Source: Patescibacteria group bacterium (lineage in GTDB: Bacteria; Patescibacteriota; Patescibacteriia; DYGC01). From it: a stretch of DNA of 43,175 bases. Numbering within the stretch: the first letter of the stretch is position 1; each line of letters starts with the position of its first letter. The translations under genes and the position numbers were made by a program. This document shows positions 20,141 through 27,962 of the stretch, piece after piece. The notes below the pieces were generated by a model. It was not told the DNA's origin, searched no databases, and worked only from the letters and a program-made list of their open reading frames with translations. Where the stretch lies: the NCBI GenBank assembly GCA_036769805.1, contig DAIPKK010000002.1, forward strand, positions 1-43,175, given 5' to 3'.

Positions 20141-20169
20141 ATTTTAACACTAAAAAATAAGAAAAACAA
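20141..20169 (-). promoter_or_regulatory. Candidate sigma-70 promoter of the six-gene envelope operon
   Basis: The minus strand reads TTGTTT-17 nt-TAAAAT with a TGT extended -10. It is followed by AAGGA and the ATG at 20104. Confidence 0.4.
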
Positions 20170-20176
20170 ATGCCGA

Positions 20177-22435
20177 TTAAGTTAAAATTTTCTTCAAATA
20201 TTTCCCCGTATAACTTCTTTCGCAATTAAGCAAATCCTCCGGCAATCCCTCAAAAAGGATTTCACCACCTTTTGATCCGCCCTCCGGACCCAAATCAATA
20301 ATCCAATCGGCATGCTTGATAACATCCAAATTATGCTCGATCACCACCACCGTATTGCCATTATTAACCAAATTTTTGACGATTATTAACAGTTTTTCAA
20401 TATCAGCCATATGTAAACCGGTCGTCGGCTCATCCATTACATAAATATTACCTTTTTTATGCAATTCCGAAGCCAACTTGATTCTTTGACATTCGCCGCC
20501 CGACAAGGTGCTAAGAGGTTGCCCCAATTCCAAATATTCCAAACCAACATCACACAAAATCTGTAATTTTCGATTAATTTCTTTGGTTTCAAAAAATCCC
20601 AACAAATCACGCACCGTGGTATGCAAAATATCATCAATATTTTTATCTTGATATTTCAAGGCCAACACCGCCTCGGTATAACGTTTACCATTACATTCAT
20701 CACAAATCACTTTAACCTCATCCATAAAACTCATTTCATAACTGATTGTTCCCAAACCCTTGCATTTCGGACAGGCCCCCTTGGAATTAAAACTGAACAA
20801 AGCGGCGGTAGAACCGGTTTTCTTGGCAAATTCCTTACGAATATCATCAAAAATTCCAATGTAGGTCGCCGGATTGGAACGGGATGATTTACCAATAGGC
20901 GACTGATCAATGATCACCGCCTGACGATTTTCTTTCAAAAAAACATCATTGATTAAACTACTCTTGCCGGAACCGGCCACTCCGGTGACACAAGTCAAAA
21001 CCCCCTTAGGAATTTTTGTGGAAACGTTCTTTAAATTATTCAAAGAAGCATTTTTGATTTCCAAATAATCAGTCCATGCTTTACGTTGATAAACACCCTG
21101 CTCTTCCCGATTTAAATATTCAGCCGTCACCCCATTGGAATTTTTTAGACCGGCCAAATCACCGGCGTAAACAATTTCCCCGCCCCGACTGCCGGCGCGT
21201 GGCCCGACATCAATAATATACTCAGCCGCCTTAATCAGGGCCGGATCATGCTCAACCACAAAAACACTATTACCCTTCTCTTTAATTTGCCGCAAAATTT
21301 CAATCAATTTATTTATGTCGCGCGGATGCAAACCGATTGACGGTTCATCCATTATATACATCATATCCACCAAATCACAGTCTAATTGACGCGCCATCTT
21401 TACCCGCTGACTTTCCCCACCGGACAAAGTACCAACCGGACGATTTAATGATAAATAGCCCACTCCAATGTCAATTAAATGAGACAAAATTTGGCGCATC
21501 TTTTTAACAATCGGCTTGGCAATTTCCCCCTCTACAGTTAGTAAAAATTGATCTAACTCTATTAACTCACAAGATGATAACTCGGCGATATTTTTTCCGT
21601 TTATTTTCACGCTCCGTGCTGTTTCATTAATTCTTGAACCACCGCAAGCATCACAATCGGAATAAACAAAATATTTTTCATAAGCGTTTTTGCGCCCTTC
21701 TGATAATTCGTTTTTTGCTTTATCAACATAAGTTCTTTCCAATTTTCGAGCCACGCCCTCAAAATTTTTCTGATAAGTGCCGGCACCATGCGCCTTTGTT
21801 ACCGGAATCGCTTTAGCATATAAAAAATCTTTCCATTCCTGCTCGGTAAAATCTTTTAAATTTTTATCAACATCAAATAAATTCATGGCCATAAATTCTC
21901 GCCAATGCCAACCCTCCACTCGATAATCAGGATGAGTAATCGCCCCTTCACGAATGGATTTTTCTTTATCAATCAATAAATCAACATCCACCTTAATTTG
22001 TTTGCCCAAGCCCTTGCAATCAGGGCACATTCCCAATGGATGATTAAACCCAAAAACAAAAGACGGACCGATAAATTTATCGCCGCAACGAGAAAACAAT
22101 AAACGCAAATAAGTGGATAATTCTGTAGCGGTACCGACCGTACTACGCAAATTTGCCCCCATCTTCTTTTGGTCAATAACAATTGCCGTAGAAATATTTT
22201 TGATTTCCTCCACCGGAGGACGAGAAAGCTTGGGCATGCGGGCACGGGCGAACGACGAAAAAGTTTCAATCAGCTGGCGCTGCGCTTCCGTGTAAATGGT
22301 ATCAAAAACTAAAGATGATTTACCCGAACCGGAAACGCCCGTAAAAACCACCAACTTATTTTTGGGGATTTCCACTGACACATTTTTTAAATTATGTGTC
22401 TCAGCGTTTTTAATAATGATGGTATTATGGGACAT
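20177..22435 (-). CDS. UvrA-family ABC ATPase, short (class II-like) paralogue
   Basis: 752 aa with two Walker A sites ([20 protein letters not shown]), two LSGGE signatures and CxxC zinc modules ([16 protein letters not shown]). It is about 190 aa shorter than canonical UvrA. Confidence 0.85.
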   Translation of the reverse strand: MSHNTIIIKNAETHNLKNVSVEIPKNKLVVFTGVSGSGKSSLVFDTIYTEAQRQLIETFSSFARARMPKLSRPPVEEIKNISTAIVIDQKKMGANLRSTVGTATELSTYLRLLFSRCGDKFIGPSFVFGFNHPLGMCPDCKGLGKQIKVDVDLLIDKEKSIREGAITHPDYRVEGWHWREFMAMNLFDVDKNLKDFTEQEWKDFLYAKAIPVTKAHGAGTYQKNFEGVARKLERTYVDKAKNELSEGRKNAYEKYFVYSDCDACGGSRINETARSVKINGKNIAELSSCELIELDQFLLTVEGEIAKPIVKKMRQILSHLIDIGVGYLSLNRPVGTLSGGESQRVKMARQLDCDLVDMMYIMDEPSIGLHPRDINKLIEILRQIKEKGNSVFVVEHDPALIKAAEYIIDVGPRAGSRGGEIVYAGDLAGLKNSNGVTAEYLNREEQGVYQRKAWTDYLEIKNASLNNLKNVSTKIPKGVLTCVTGVAGSGKSSLINDVFLKENRQAVIIDQSPIGKSSRSNPATYIGIFDDIRKEFAKKTGSTAALFSFNSKGACPKCKGLGTISYEMSFMDEVKVICDECNGKRYTEAVLALKYQDKNIDDILHTTVRDLLGFFETKEINRKLQILCDVGLEYLELGQPLSTLSGGECQRIKLASELHKKGNIYVMDEPTTGLHMADIEKLLIIVKNLVNNGNTVVVIEHNLDVIKHADWIIDLGPEGGSKGGEILFEGLPEDLLNCERSYTGKYLKKILT

Positions 22436-22450
22436 ATTATAAAATAAACT

Positions 22451-22543
22451 TGGCGGTGGGGGCGGGATTTGAACCCGCGATCAGCGTTTTAAACCGATAC
22501 CGCTTTTCGAGAGCAGCGCCTTCAACCTCTCAGCCACCCCACC
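22451..22543 (-). tRNA. tRNA-Ser (anticodon CGA), CCA encoded
   Basis: Acceptor GGTGGGG/CCCCACC, anticodon stem CTGCT/AGCGG with loop CTCGAAA, a long variable arm, T-arm GCGGG-TTCAAAT-CCCGC, discriminator G and a 3' CCA. Confidence 0.88.
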
Positions 22544-22664
22544 AAACACTGCCATTATTATGGCGGATTTTTTAAATTTTATCAAATCCGACAAACTTGC
22601 CTAACCGGCAGAAAAATATTATTATAAATGATAATATAAAAAATTTATTTTTAATATCAAACCT

Positions 22665-23897
22665 GTGCAATATTTTTTCCTTCTGGGCAATAACTACAAT
22701 TTAGCGGCAGTGGAAGTTTATACAGTCCTGCAAAGTTTTAAAATTCGATACACCACGGCTCTGGAAGAAGCTCCTATTTTAATTATTGATAGCCCCAGTG
22801 AAATTAATTTACCGGAAATTCAAAACATTCTTGGCGGAAGCATCAAATGCGGGCTCATTTTAAATTCTTTTGAACAAAAAAATCAGCAAAAATTAGCTGA
22901 TTTTATTCATAAAACCTTATCCACATACCACCCGCAACTACATTTTGGCATCAATGTTTTTGATAAAAACGAAAATAACCAAAACGACCAATTAAGATTT
23001 TGGAAAAAATGGGCCCTAACCTGGAAAAAAGAAAACAAAAACAATTATCAACATTTACGCTTTGTTGAATCCAATGAAGGCAACCTTAGCTCGGTAATCA
23101 TCAAAAAAAATAAGTTACTCGGTGAACATGGCTGTGATTTAAATTTGATTTATAACCAAGAAACAATTTTTATCGGACAAAGCCAAAGTGTTCAAGATTT
23201 TGAGCTTTACTCCCAACTTGATTATGGTCGGCCGGCCTATGAAGCCAAGGTCGGCATGCTTCCTCCAAAACTTGCCCAAACTATGATTAACCTATCGCGC
23301 CAAAGTGATGAAGATATCCACAGTTTACACATACTGGATCCTTTCTGCGGTTCTGGCACGGTTCTTAATCAAGCGGTTTTCAGTGGATTTATCCACATTT
23401 ACGGAACTGATATTGATCCCCAAGCAATTCAACGCAGTAAAGAAAATTTATCTTATGTTAGCGATTTATTAAAGACTGTGGATATTAATTTAAATTTACA
23501 AATAATTGATGTGAACAAGTTATCCACAATGTTAACAAAAGCCAATATTGATAAGGTGATTAGTGAAGCTCATCTCGGTCCGGCACTTAGTGGAAAAGAG
23601 TCCAAAGAGCAATTAAACGAAAACAAGCGGCTCCTGGAAGTTATATACAAGGGGGCTTTTCAAGAAATTTACAAAGTCATGAAGCCGGGAGGAATCTTGG
23701 TTCTAACCATTCCGATTTTTTTATACAAACAACAACTGATCAAATTTGATATTCAAAATTTGATTTATAATAATTTCAAAAAGGCCAAAGTTCTTGGAAA
23801 ACACAAAAACCTTTACACAGAACGCAATTCTTTAATCTATAAACGCCCTAATCAAAAATTATGGCGCGAAATATTCGTCTTTCAAAAACAAAAATAA
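22665..23897 (+). CDS. SAM-dependent methyltransferase, Trm11/TrmG10-like (putative RNA guanine-N2 methyltransferase)
   Basis: 410 aa with an apparent GTG start. LPPKLAQTMINLS....LHILDPFCGSGTVLNQA is the substrate-loop plus motif I pattern of the UPF0020/Trm11 family. Confidence 0.6.
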   Translation: MQYFFLLGNNYNLAAVEVYTVLQSFKIRYTTALEEAPILIIDSPSEINLPEIQNILGGSIKCGLILNSFEQKNQQKLADFIHKTLSTYHPQLHFGINVFDKNENNQNDQLRFWKKWALTWKKENKNNYQHLRFVESNEGNLSSVIIKKNKLLGEHGCDLNLIYNQETIFIGQSQSVQDFELYSQLDYGRPAYEAKVGMLPPKLAQTMINLSRQSDEDIHSLHILDPFCGSGTVLNQAVFSGFIHIYGTDIDPQAIQRSKENLSYVSDLLKTVDINLNLQIIDVNKLSTMLTKANIDKVISEAHLGPALSGKESKEQLNENKRLLEVIYKGAFQEIYKVMKPGGILVLTIPIFLYKQQLIKFDIQNLIYNNFKKAKVLGKHKNLYTERNSLIYKRPNQKLWREIFVFQKQK

Positions 23898-23916
23898 AAG
23901 TTTCACCTGAAACAAA

Positions 23917-24993
23917 TTAAACGCTAAAACGAAAATGCATTACATCGCCATCATTAACGATGTATTCTTTTCCTTCCAAACGAATCAATCCCTTTTCTTT
24001 AGCTTTCACTTCCCCATCGCAATCAACAAAATCCTTCCAAGAAATAACTTCGGCGCGAATAAAGCCCTTTTCAAAATCAGTATGGATTTTACCGGCCGCC
24101 TGAGGCGCACTGGAACCATTAATTACGGTCCAAGCCTTAGTTTCCTTCTCTCCGGACGTAAAATAAGTAATTAAATTCAATAACTTATAAGATTTTTTAA
24201 TCAATTGATCCAAACCGCTTTCCTTAATCCCCAATTCAGCCAAAAATTCTTTACTTTCATCAACATTTAAACCAACCAGCTCAGCCTCAACTTCGGCCGA
24301 CAAAACAATAATTTGCTCTTCAGGAATGCCTTTTAATTCCGGCTTAGAGACCAACTGCCCCTCCCCAACATTATAAACATACAAAAATGGCTTCATTGTT
24401 AAAAATGAGTATTCTTTTAACAATTTCTGATCTTCTTCAGACCAATCAATAGAGTTTAACAACTGACCATCTTCTAAACACTTAACCACCCTTTCCAAAG
24501 CCTCCTTTCGTTGCTCAGCAATTTTCTCCCGATTCCCCTTCAACGAACGAATTGCCCCTTCCAAAACCTTGGTGGCCAAAGACAAATCTGCTAATGTTAG
24601 CTCTAAATTAATAACTTCGATATCATCATTGGGGTCAACTTTCCCGCTAACATGAATCACGTTATCATCATTAAAAGCACGCACCACCTGAACAATAGCA
24701 TCAGTTTCCTTAATGTTGGTCAAAAATTTATTTCCCAAACCTTCACCCTGGTGAGCGCCGCGGACCAAACCGGCAATATCCACAAATTCAATCGCTGTGG
24801 GTATAACTTTTTGGGATTTTGACACTTCTGCCAAAGCCTGTAAGCGTTCATCAGGCACTTCCACTACCCCAACATTTGGATCAATGGTACAAAAAGGATA
24901 ATTTTCCGCAGCCACTTGCTTTTTAGTCAAAACTTTAAACAAAGTTGACTTTCCCACATTCGGCAAACCGACAATTCCAATTGAGAACGACAT
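23917..24993 (-). CDS. ychF: Ribosome-binding ATPase YchF (Obg-like GTPase family)
   Basis: The start was chosen at MSFSIGIVGLPNVGKSTLF. It has a C-terminal TGS-like domain with HTDFEKGFIRAEV. The 16-codon upstream extension in the ORF track reaches the adjacent tRNA and is rejected. Confidence 0.92.
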   Translation of the reverse strand: MSFSIGIVGLPNVGKSTLFKVLTKKQVAAENYPFCTIDPNVGVVEVPDERLQALAEVSKSQKVIPTAIEFVDIAGLVRGAHQGEGLGNKFLTNIKETDAIVQVVRAFNDDNVIHVSGKVDPNDDIEVINLELTLADLSLATKVLEGAIRSLKGNREKIAEQRKEALERVVKCLEDGQLLNSIDWSEEDQKLLKEYSFLTMKPFLYVYNVGEGQLVSKPELKGIPEEQIIVLSAEVEAELVGLNVDESKEFLAELGIKESGLDQLIKKSYKLLNLITYFTSGEKETKAWTVINGSSAPQAAGKIHTDFEKGFIRAEVISWKDFVDCDGEVKAKEKGLIRLEGKEYIVNDGDVMHFRFSV

Positions 24994-25040
24994 AAAAATA
25001 TAATTAAAAAATAAAGACAAACTATGTTTCACATGAAACA

Positions 25041-25115
25041 TGGCGTCCCCGACAGGAATTGAACCTGTATTTATTTCTTAGGAGGAAACCGTTCTATCCG
25101 TTGAACTACGGGGAC
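25041..25115 (-). tRNA. tRNA-Arg (anticodon CCT), CCA encoded
   Basis: Acceptor GTCCCCG/CGGGGAC, D-arm GTTC-AACGGATA-GAAC, anticodon stem GTTTC/GAAAT with loop CTCCTAA, T-arm ACAGG-TTCAATT-CCTGT, then G-CCA. Confidence 0.85.
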
Positions 25116-25557
25116 CTTGTTCCTTATATTCAAGATACAACCACGACATTGCGCCCCCAACAATCAAAATATCAGCAAAATTAAACACCGGAAAACGCCA
25201 AATCGTAATATAATCAATAACATAAGAATAGAGAATACGATCAATAAAATTCAACAAAGCCCCGCAAAGCAACAAAGCCACTACTATTTTTTTGCTAAAA
25301 TTAACGTTTTTTCGCCACCGAATAAACAATAAGTAAAACAGAAAACCAATCAATAAAACATTAATAAGCATCAATAACCAAAAACCAATGGGAATACTAA
25401 AAGCAATAAACTTATTATAATGCAAGTCCAAGCCAAGCCAATCACCAAACAAATAAAAAGCTTGGCCATCCAAAGTATGAAGCAAAAAATATTTCACGAG
25501 AAAATCAATAGCGAATATTCCGCTAAAAATACACAAAAAAACAAAGAAAAAAGTCAT
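25078..25557 (-). CDS. lspA: Lipoprotein signal peptidase (signal peptidase II)
   Basis: 159 aa, 4 TM, with the catalytic-Asp motif FNFADILIVGGA. The last 13 codons (25078-25115) lie inside the tRNA-Arg gene on the same strand. Confidence 0.75.
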   Translation of the reverse strand: MTFFFVFLCIFSGIFAIDFLVKYFLLHTLDGQAFYLFGDWLGLDLHYNKFIAFSIPIGFWLLMLINVLLIGFLFYLLFIRWRKNVNFSKKIVVALLLCGALLNFIDRILYSYVIDYITIWRFPVFNFADILIVGGAMSWLYLEYKEQGPRSSTDRTVSS

Positions 25558-25931
25558 TAGTGCCCCTTTAATTTAAGTTTGCAAGCCATACAGGAACTTG
25601 ATGTCGGTCTGGCGCGTAAACGATTTTCATCGATTTGCTTGCCGCAATACTTACAAACACCATAAGAACCGGCATCAATCCGTCTCAAAGCATGAATCAC
25701 GTCTCGTAAAGATTTCTCCAAGCTGTCCTCAATCGCTAAATTGTCCTGATAAACCTCAACTTCATTGCTGTTGTCTTCCAAACTGTCGCCAAAACTCGGA
25801 AAAACCGTTTCAAAGTCTTCCGGATTTTTGCTGTTTGGTTTTGCAAAAGATAATAGATCTTTTTCTAGTTTTTCCTTCTCTTTATTAAGGATTTCGCGCA
25901 TCTCTTGCAAGAGTTTTTTAGATAACACCAT
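25557..25931 (-). CDS. DksA/TraR family C4-type zinc-finger protein
   Basis: The start was chosen at MVLSKKLLQEM (124 aa). It has a coiled-coil N-terminus and a C-terminal CKYCGKQI...R......C..C finger. Its TAA overlaps the lspA ATG by 1 nt (TAATG). Confidence 0.8.
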   Translation of the reverse strand: MVLSKKLLQEMREILNKEKEKLEKDLLSFAKPNSKNPEDFETVFPSFGDSLEDNSNEVEVYQDNLAIEDSLEKSLRDVIHALRRIDAGSYGVCKYCGKQIDENRLRARPTSSSCMACKLKLKGH

Positions 25932-25976
25932 AATTATCAAAGTAAAAAATAAAATAGATAAACACAAGTTTTTAAT

Positions 25977-26004
25977 AGTATAGCAAATCGTCGTAAAAAT
26001 GCAA
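25977..26004 (-). promoter_or_regulatory. Candidate sigma-70 promoter for the dksA-like/lspA/tRNA-Arg/ychF unit
   Basis: The minus strand reads TTGCAT-16 nt-TATACT, with TGC immediately upstream of the -10 (extended -10). It lies about 45 nt upstream of the start at 25931. Confidence 0.5.
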
Positions 26005-26059
26005 ATCGTATTTTTAAAGCCTAAAATCAAGGTAAATGTAGTGTGTTCGCGTAAAAAAG

Positions 26060-26596
26060 TAAAAGGCGCAGTACTCAAGATCTCGCCGTAAAAAGTAAAG
26101 ATTTAAGTGCTACGCCCATGATTGTATCTACGGGCGTTCGCTGTGGGAACGGTCCCATAGAATTGATAATGTGTCTGAGGCCACCTTTCACCAAGGCCAC
26201 CGCCTCTCCCTTCGGGTACTCCCCGAGGATACCGACATCAGCTGAAACGCCGAGGTCGTTTTTGTTTTGATTTTAATTTTTTTGTTTTTTGTTTTTATGT
26301 TCGCGGGTGAAACTGCGAACGATTTTTTGTGGATCTCTCCGCGGTAAGGGAGAAGTAACATGTGAATGCCTCACATGTCATGATACATGTCCGAAGACAT
26401 GCAATGATTGCTTTCACCGAAGTTTGTTTGAGCAAAGCTTAAAGTGGTGAAAGACTTAAATGAGTGTTTAAGAAAGAACTAAGTGAAAGAACTTTGATAA
26501 GTCCCGAAGAACGAATCAAGAAGTTTTTTTTGTTTTGTTTTTTTGATGATAACCGCAGGTAGAGGAGTGAGGTCGCTTTACCTTCAACTATCACCT
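26060..26596 (-). ncRNA. Unclassified, highly structured noncoding RNA candidate (about 540 nt, three hairpin-rich domains joined by A/C-rich linkers). The strand call is tentative.
   Basis: No ORF of 60 aa or more on either strand. Many perfect 5-8 bp hairpins are present, including two well-stemmed UUCG-capped ones (plus a weaker third) when read on the minus strand. A dedicated promoter lies at 26603-26631 and a weak hairpin plus T-run at 26065-26087. See the findings for details. Confidence 0.45.
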
Positions 26597-26602
26597 ATGG
26601 AC

Positions 26603-26631
26603 AGTATATCACAAAATCAAAAGTGATGCAA
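26603..26631 (-). promoter_or_regulatory. Near-consensus sigma-70 promoter driving the noncoding locus
   Basis: The minus strand reads TTGCAT-17 nt-TATACT with TGA directly upstream (extended -10). The hexamers are the same as in the promoter at 25977-26004. Confidence 0.55.
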
Positions 26632-26699
26632 ATTTTTTAAAGCTTTAAGTTTTTTATCTAAAATTAGAGAAAAATTTGAATAAAATTTTTGTCCACACC

Positions 26700-27956
26700 T
26701 TAGTCACAGGCGCTAAAAATATAATTGGAAATTTTTTCTTCAATCTTTAAATTTTGACAAGTATCCGGTAAAAACTTCCAAGGAAAAATTTCTGACAACA
26801 AGTTTTTTTGAACAAGAACTTTTGGAGTGGAAAAGTTTTTTACCTGAAGGTCGGTCGGCGATAAAAATAAATTTTCTGTTTGATACAAATTTTTGTCAGA
26901 TGACAAAATTAAATTTTTTTGAAAAGGGTAGGCGTATAAAAAATTCTCCGACTTTTGGTCGAGGGGGATCTTTTTTAAAATGTAAGAATTAAAATTTTCT
27001 TCCTGCCATGAAAAAGTTTCAAAATTCAAAATCTCATCATGGTAATGGCTGCCATCCAAAAGCTCATTATCCCGAATTTCTCGGTTTTGATAAGCCACTT
27101 GATACTGAATATCCGACAATAACTCATTATTATCAACATTTTCCAAGAAAATTGCCCAATTATTAACAAAAAACTGACTTTCTTGATCAAAAATAGCCAA
27201 AGAAAGCTCTTTATCAGACAATGGAGACAGCAACAACCTTAGGTTTTCCGGTAAAAATTGGCTGATTTCAGACAATTTTAACTGATTATTAACGTAAAGC
27301 AATTTATTTTGTAAAGCATCAATGTTGAAAACATTAGCTTTTTCCAATGGTCGCAAGGTATTGTCATTTAAAGAAACACGTATGGTTTTTTCATCAAACT
27401 CGCACGAAAATGATTGTTTTTGCCAACGCCCCACGCAAATATTGTTAAAAATCAACAAATCCGGCAAGGCTTGTTCCCGAATCTGCAAATCATCACCATT
27501 AATAAGCAAAACCTGTTGATCATAAGAGTAGGGGATTTGCGCAGACTCAAGTTTGGCTAAAAATTCAGCGGGTAGGGGAGAGTAGGAAAAAATTAGCAAT
27601 TTTGCTTTTATATCAGCGGAATTTTCCCAGTATATCGCCCAATAAGCTTGGTCGGTGGCTAAGATATCCTCCCACAAACCACGCTCCAACCCCAACAACT
27701 CGTGCGTCGCCCGCCCCCCAAACTCCTGCCAATTGGAATTATTCTGATAGCCCTTCTTGTTAAAAATCGCGAAAAACTCCACTTGTGCTACCGGAATACT
27801 TCGATAAATACTCCAATAAGCAAACATACTACGTCCGGCCAAAACAAATACCCAGACTAAAAAAGAAATCCAAATGGCATTAAAGATCAATTTAAACCAA
27901 TTGAATTTCTTTTTTGGCTGTAACTCCGGACTTAAAGTTAATGTTTCACTCATCAT
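26700..27956 (-). CDS. Membrane-anchored hypothetical protein
   Basis: 418-aa ORF with one N-terminal TM helix (LIFNAIWISFLVWVFVLAG) and no recognisable domain. It lies 6 nt downstream of pnp. Confidence 0.55.
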   Translation of the reverse strand: MMSETLTLSPELQPKKKFNWFKLIFNAIWISFLVWVFVLAGRSMFAYWSIYRSIPVAQVEFFAIFNKKGYQNNSNWQEFGGRATHELLGLERGLWEDILATDQAYWAIYWENSADIKAKLLIFSYSPLPAEFLAKLESAQIPYSYDQQVLLINGDDLQIREQALPDLLIFNNICVGRWQKQSFSCEFDEKTIRVSLNDNTLRPLEKANVFNIDALQNKLLYVNNQLKLSEISQFLPENLRLLLSPLSDKELSLAIFDQESQFFVNNWAIFLENVDNNELLSDIQYQVAYQNREIRDNELLDGSHYHDEILNFETFSWQEENFNSYILKKIPLDQKSENFLYAYPFQKNLILSSDKNLYQTENLFLSPTDLQVKNFSTPKVLVQKNLLSEIFPWKFLPDTCQNLKIEEKISNYIFSACD

Positions 27957-27962
27957 TGGTAT

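Noticed and set aside
22549-22580. Hairpin CTGCCAT-TATT-ATGGCGG plus a T-run on the plus strand, upstream of tRNA-Ser
   Set aside because: It looks like an intrinsic terminator, but there is no plus-strand gene upstream to terminate. It may only insulate the tRNA promoter region, and the evidence is too weak to call.
24994-25041. 16-codon N-terminal extension of ychF
   Set aside because: YchF proteins begin right at the G1 motif region (MSFSIGIVGLPNVGKS). The extension runs up to the tRNA-Arg 3' end.
22436-25120. Genomic island or integrated mobile element next to the two tRNA genes
   Set aside because: No integrase, transposase, direct repeat of a tRNA 3' end or phage-like genes flank either tRNA. 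The neighbours are housekeeping genes.
25932-26078. N-terminal 49-codon extension of the DksA/TraR ORF (ORF-track start 26078)
   Set aside because: The extension is hydrophobic junk-like sequence (MSTAPFTFLREHTTF...) and covers the candidate promoter at 25977-26004. The family-typical protein starts at MVLSKK.
26080-26700. tmRNA, SRP RNA, 6S RNA, T-box or common riboswitch identity for the structured intergenic locus
   Set aside because: Neither strand has a tRNA-like T-arm (GGTTCRA) or a terminal CCACCA. There is no resume codon or Ala-Ala-stop tag frame. The SRP domain IV GGAAGCAGCC-type motif is absent, as is the T-box GGTGGTACCGCG sequence (only a TACCGCGG fragment occurs). No hammerhead CUGAnGA/GAAA core is present. 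The locus is left unclassified rather than forced into a family.
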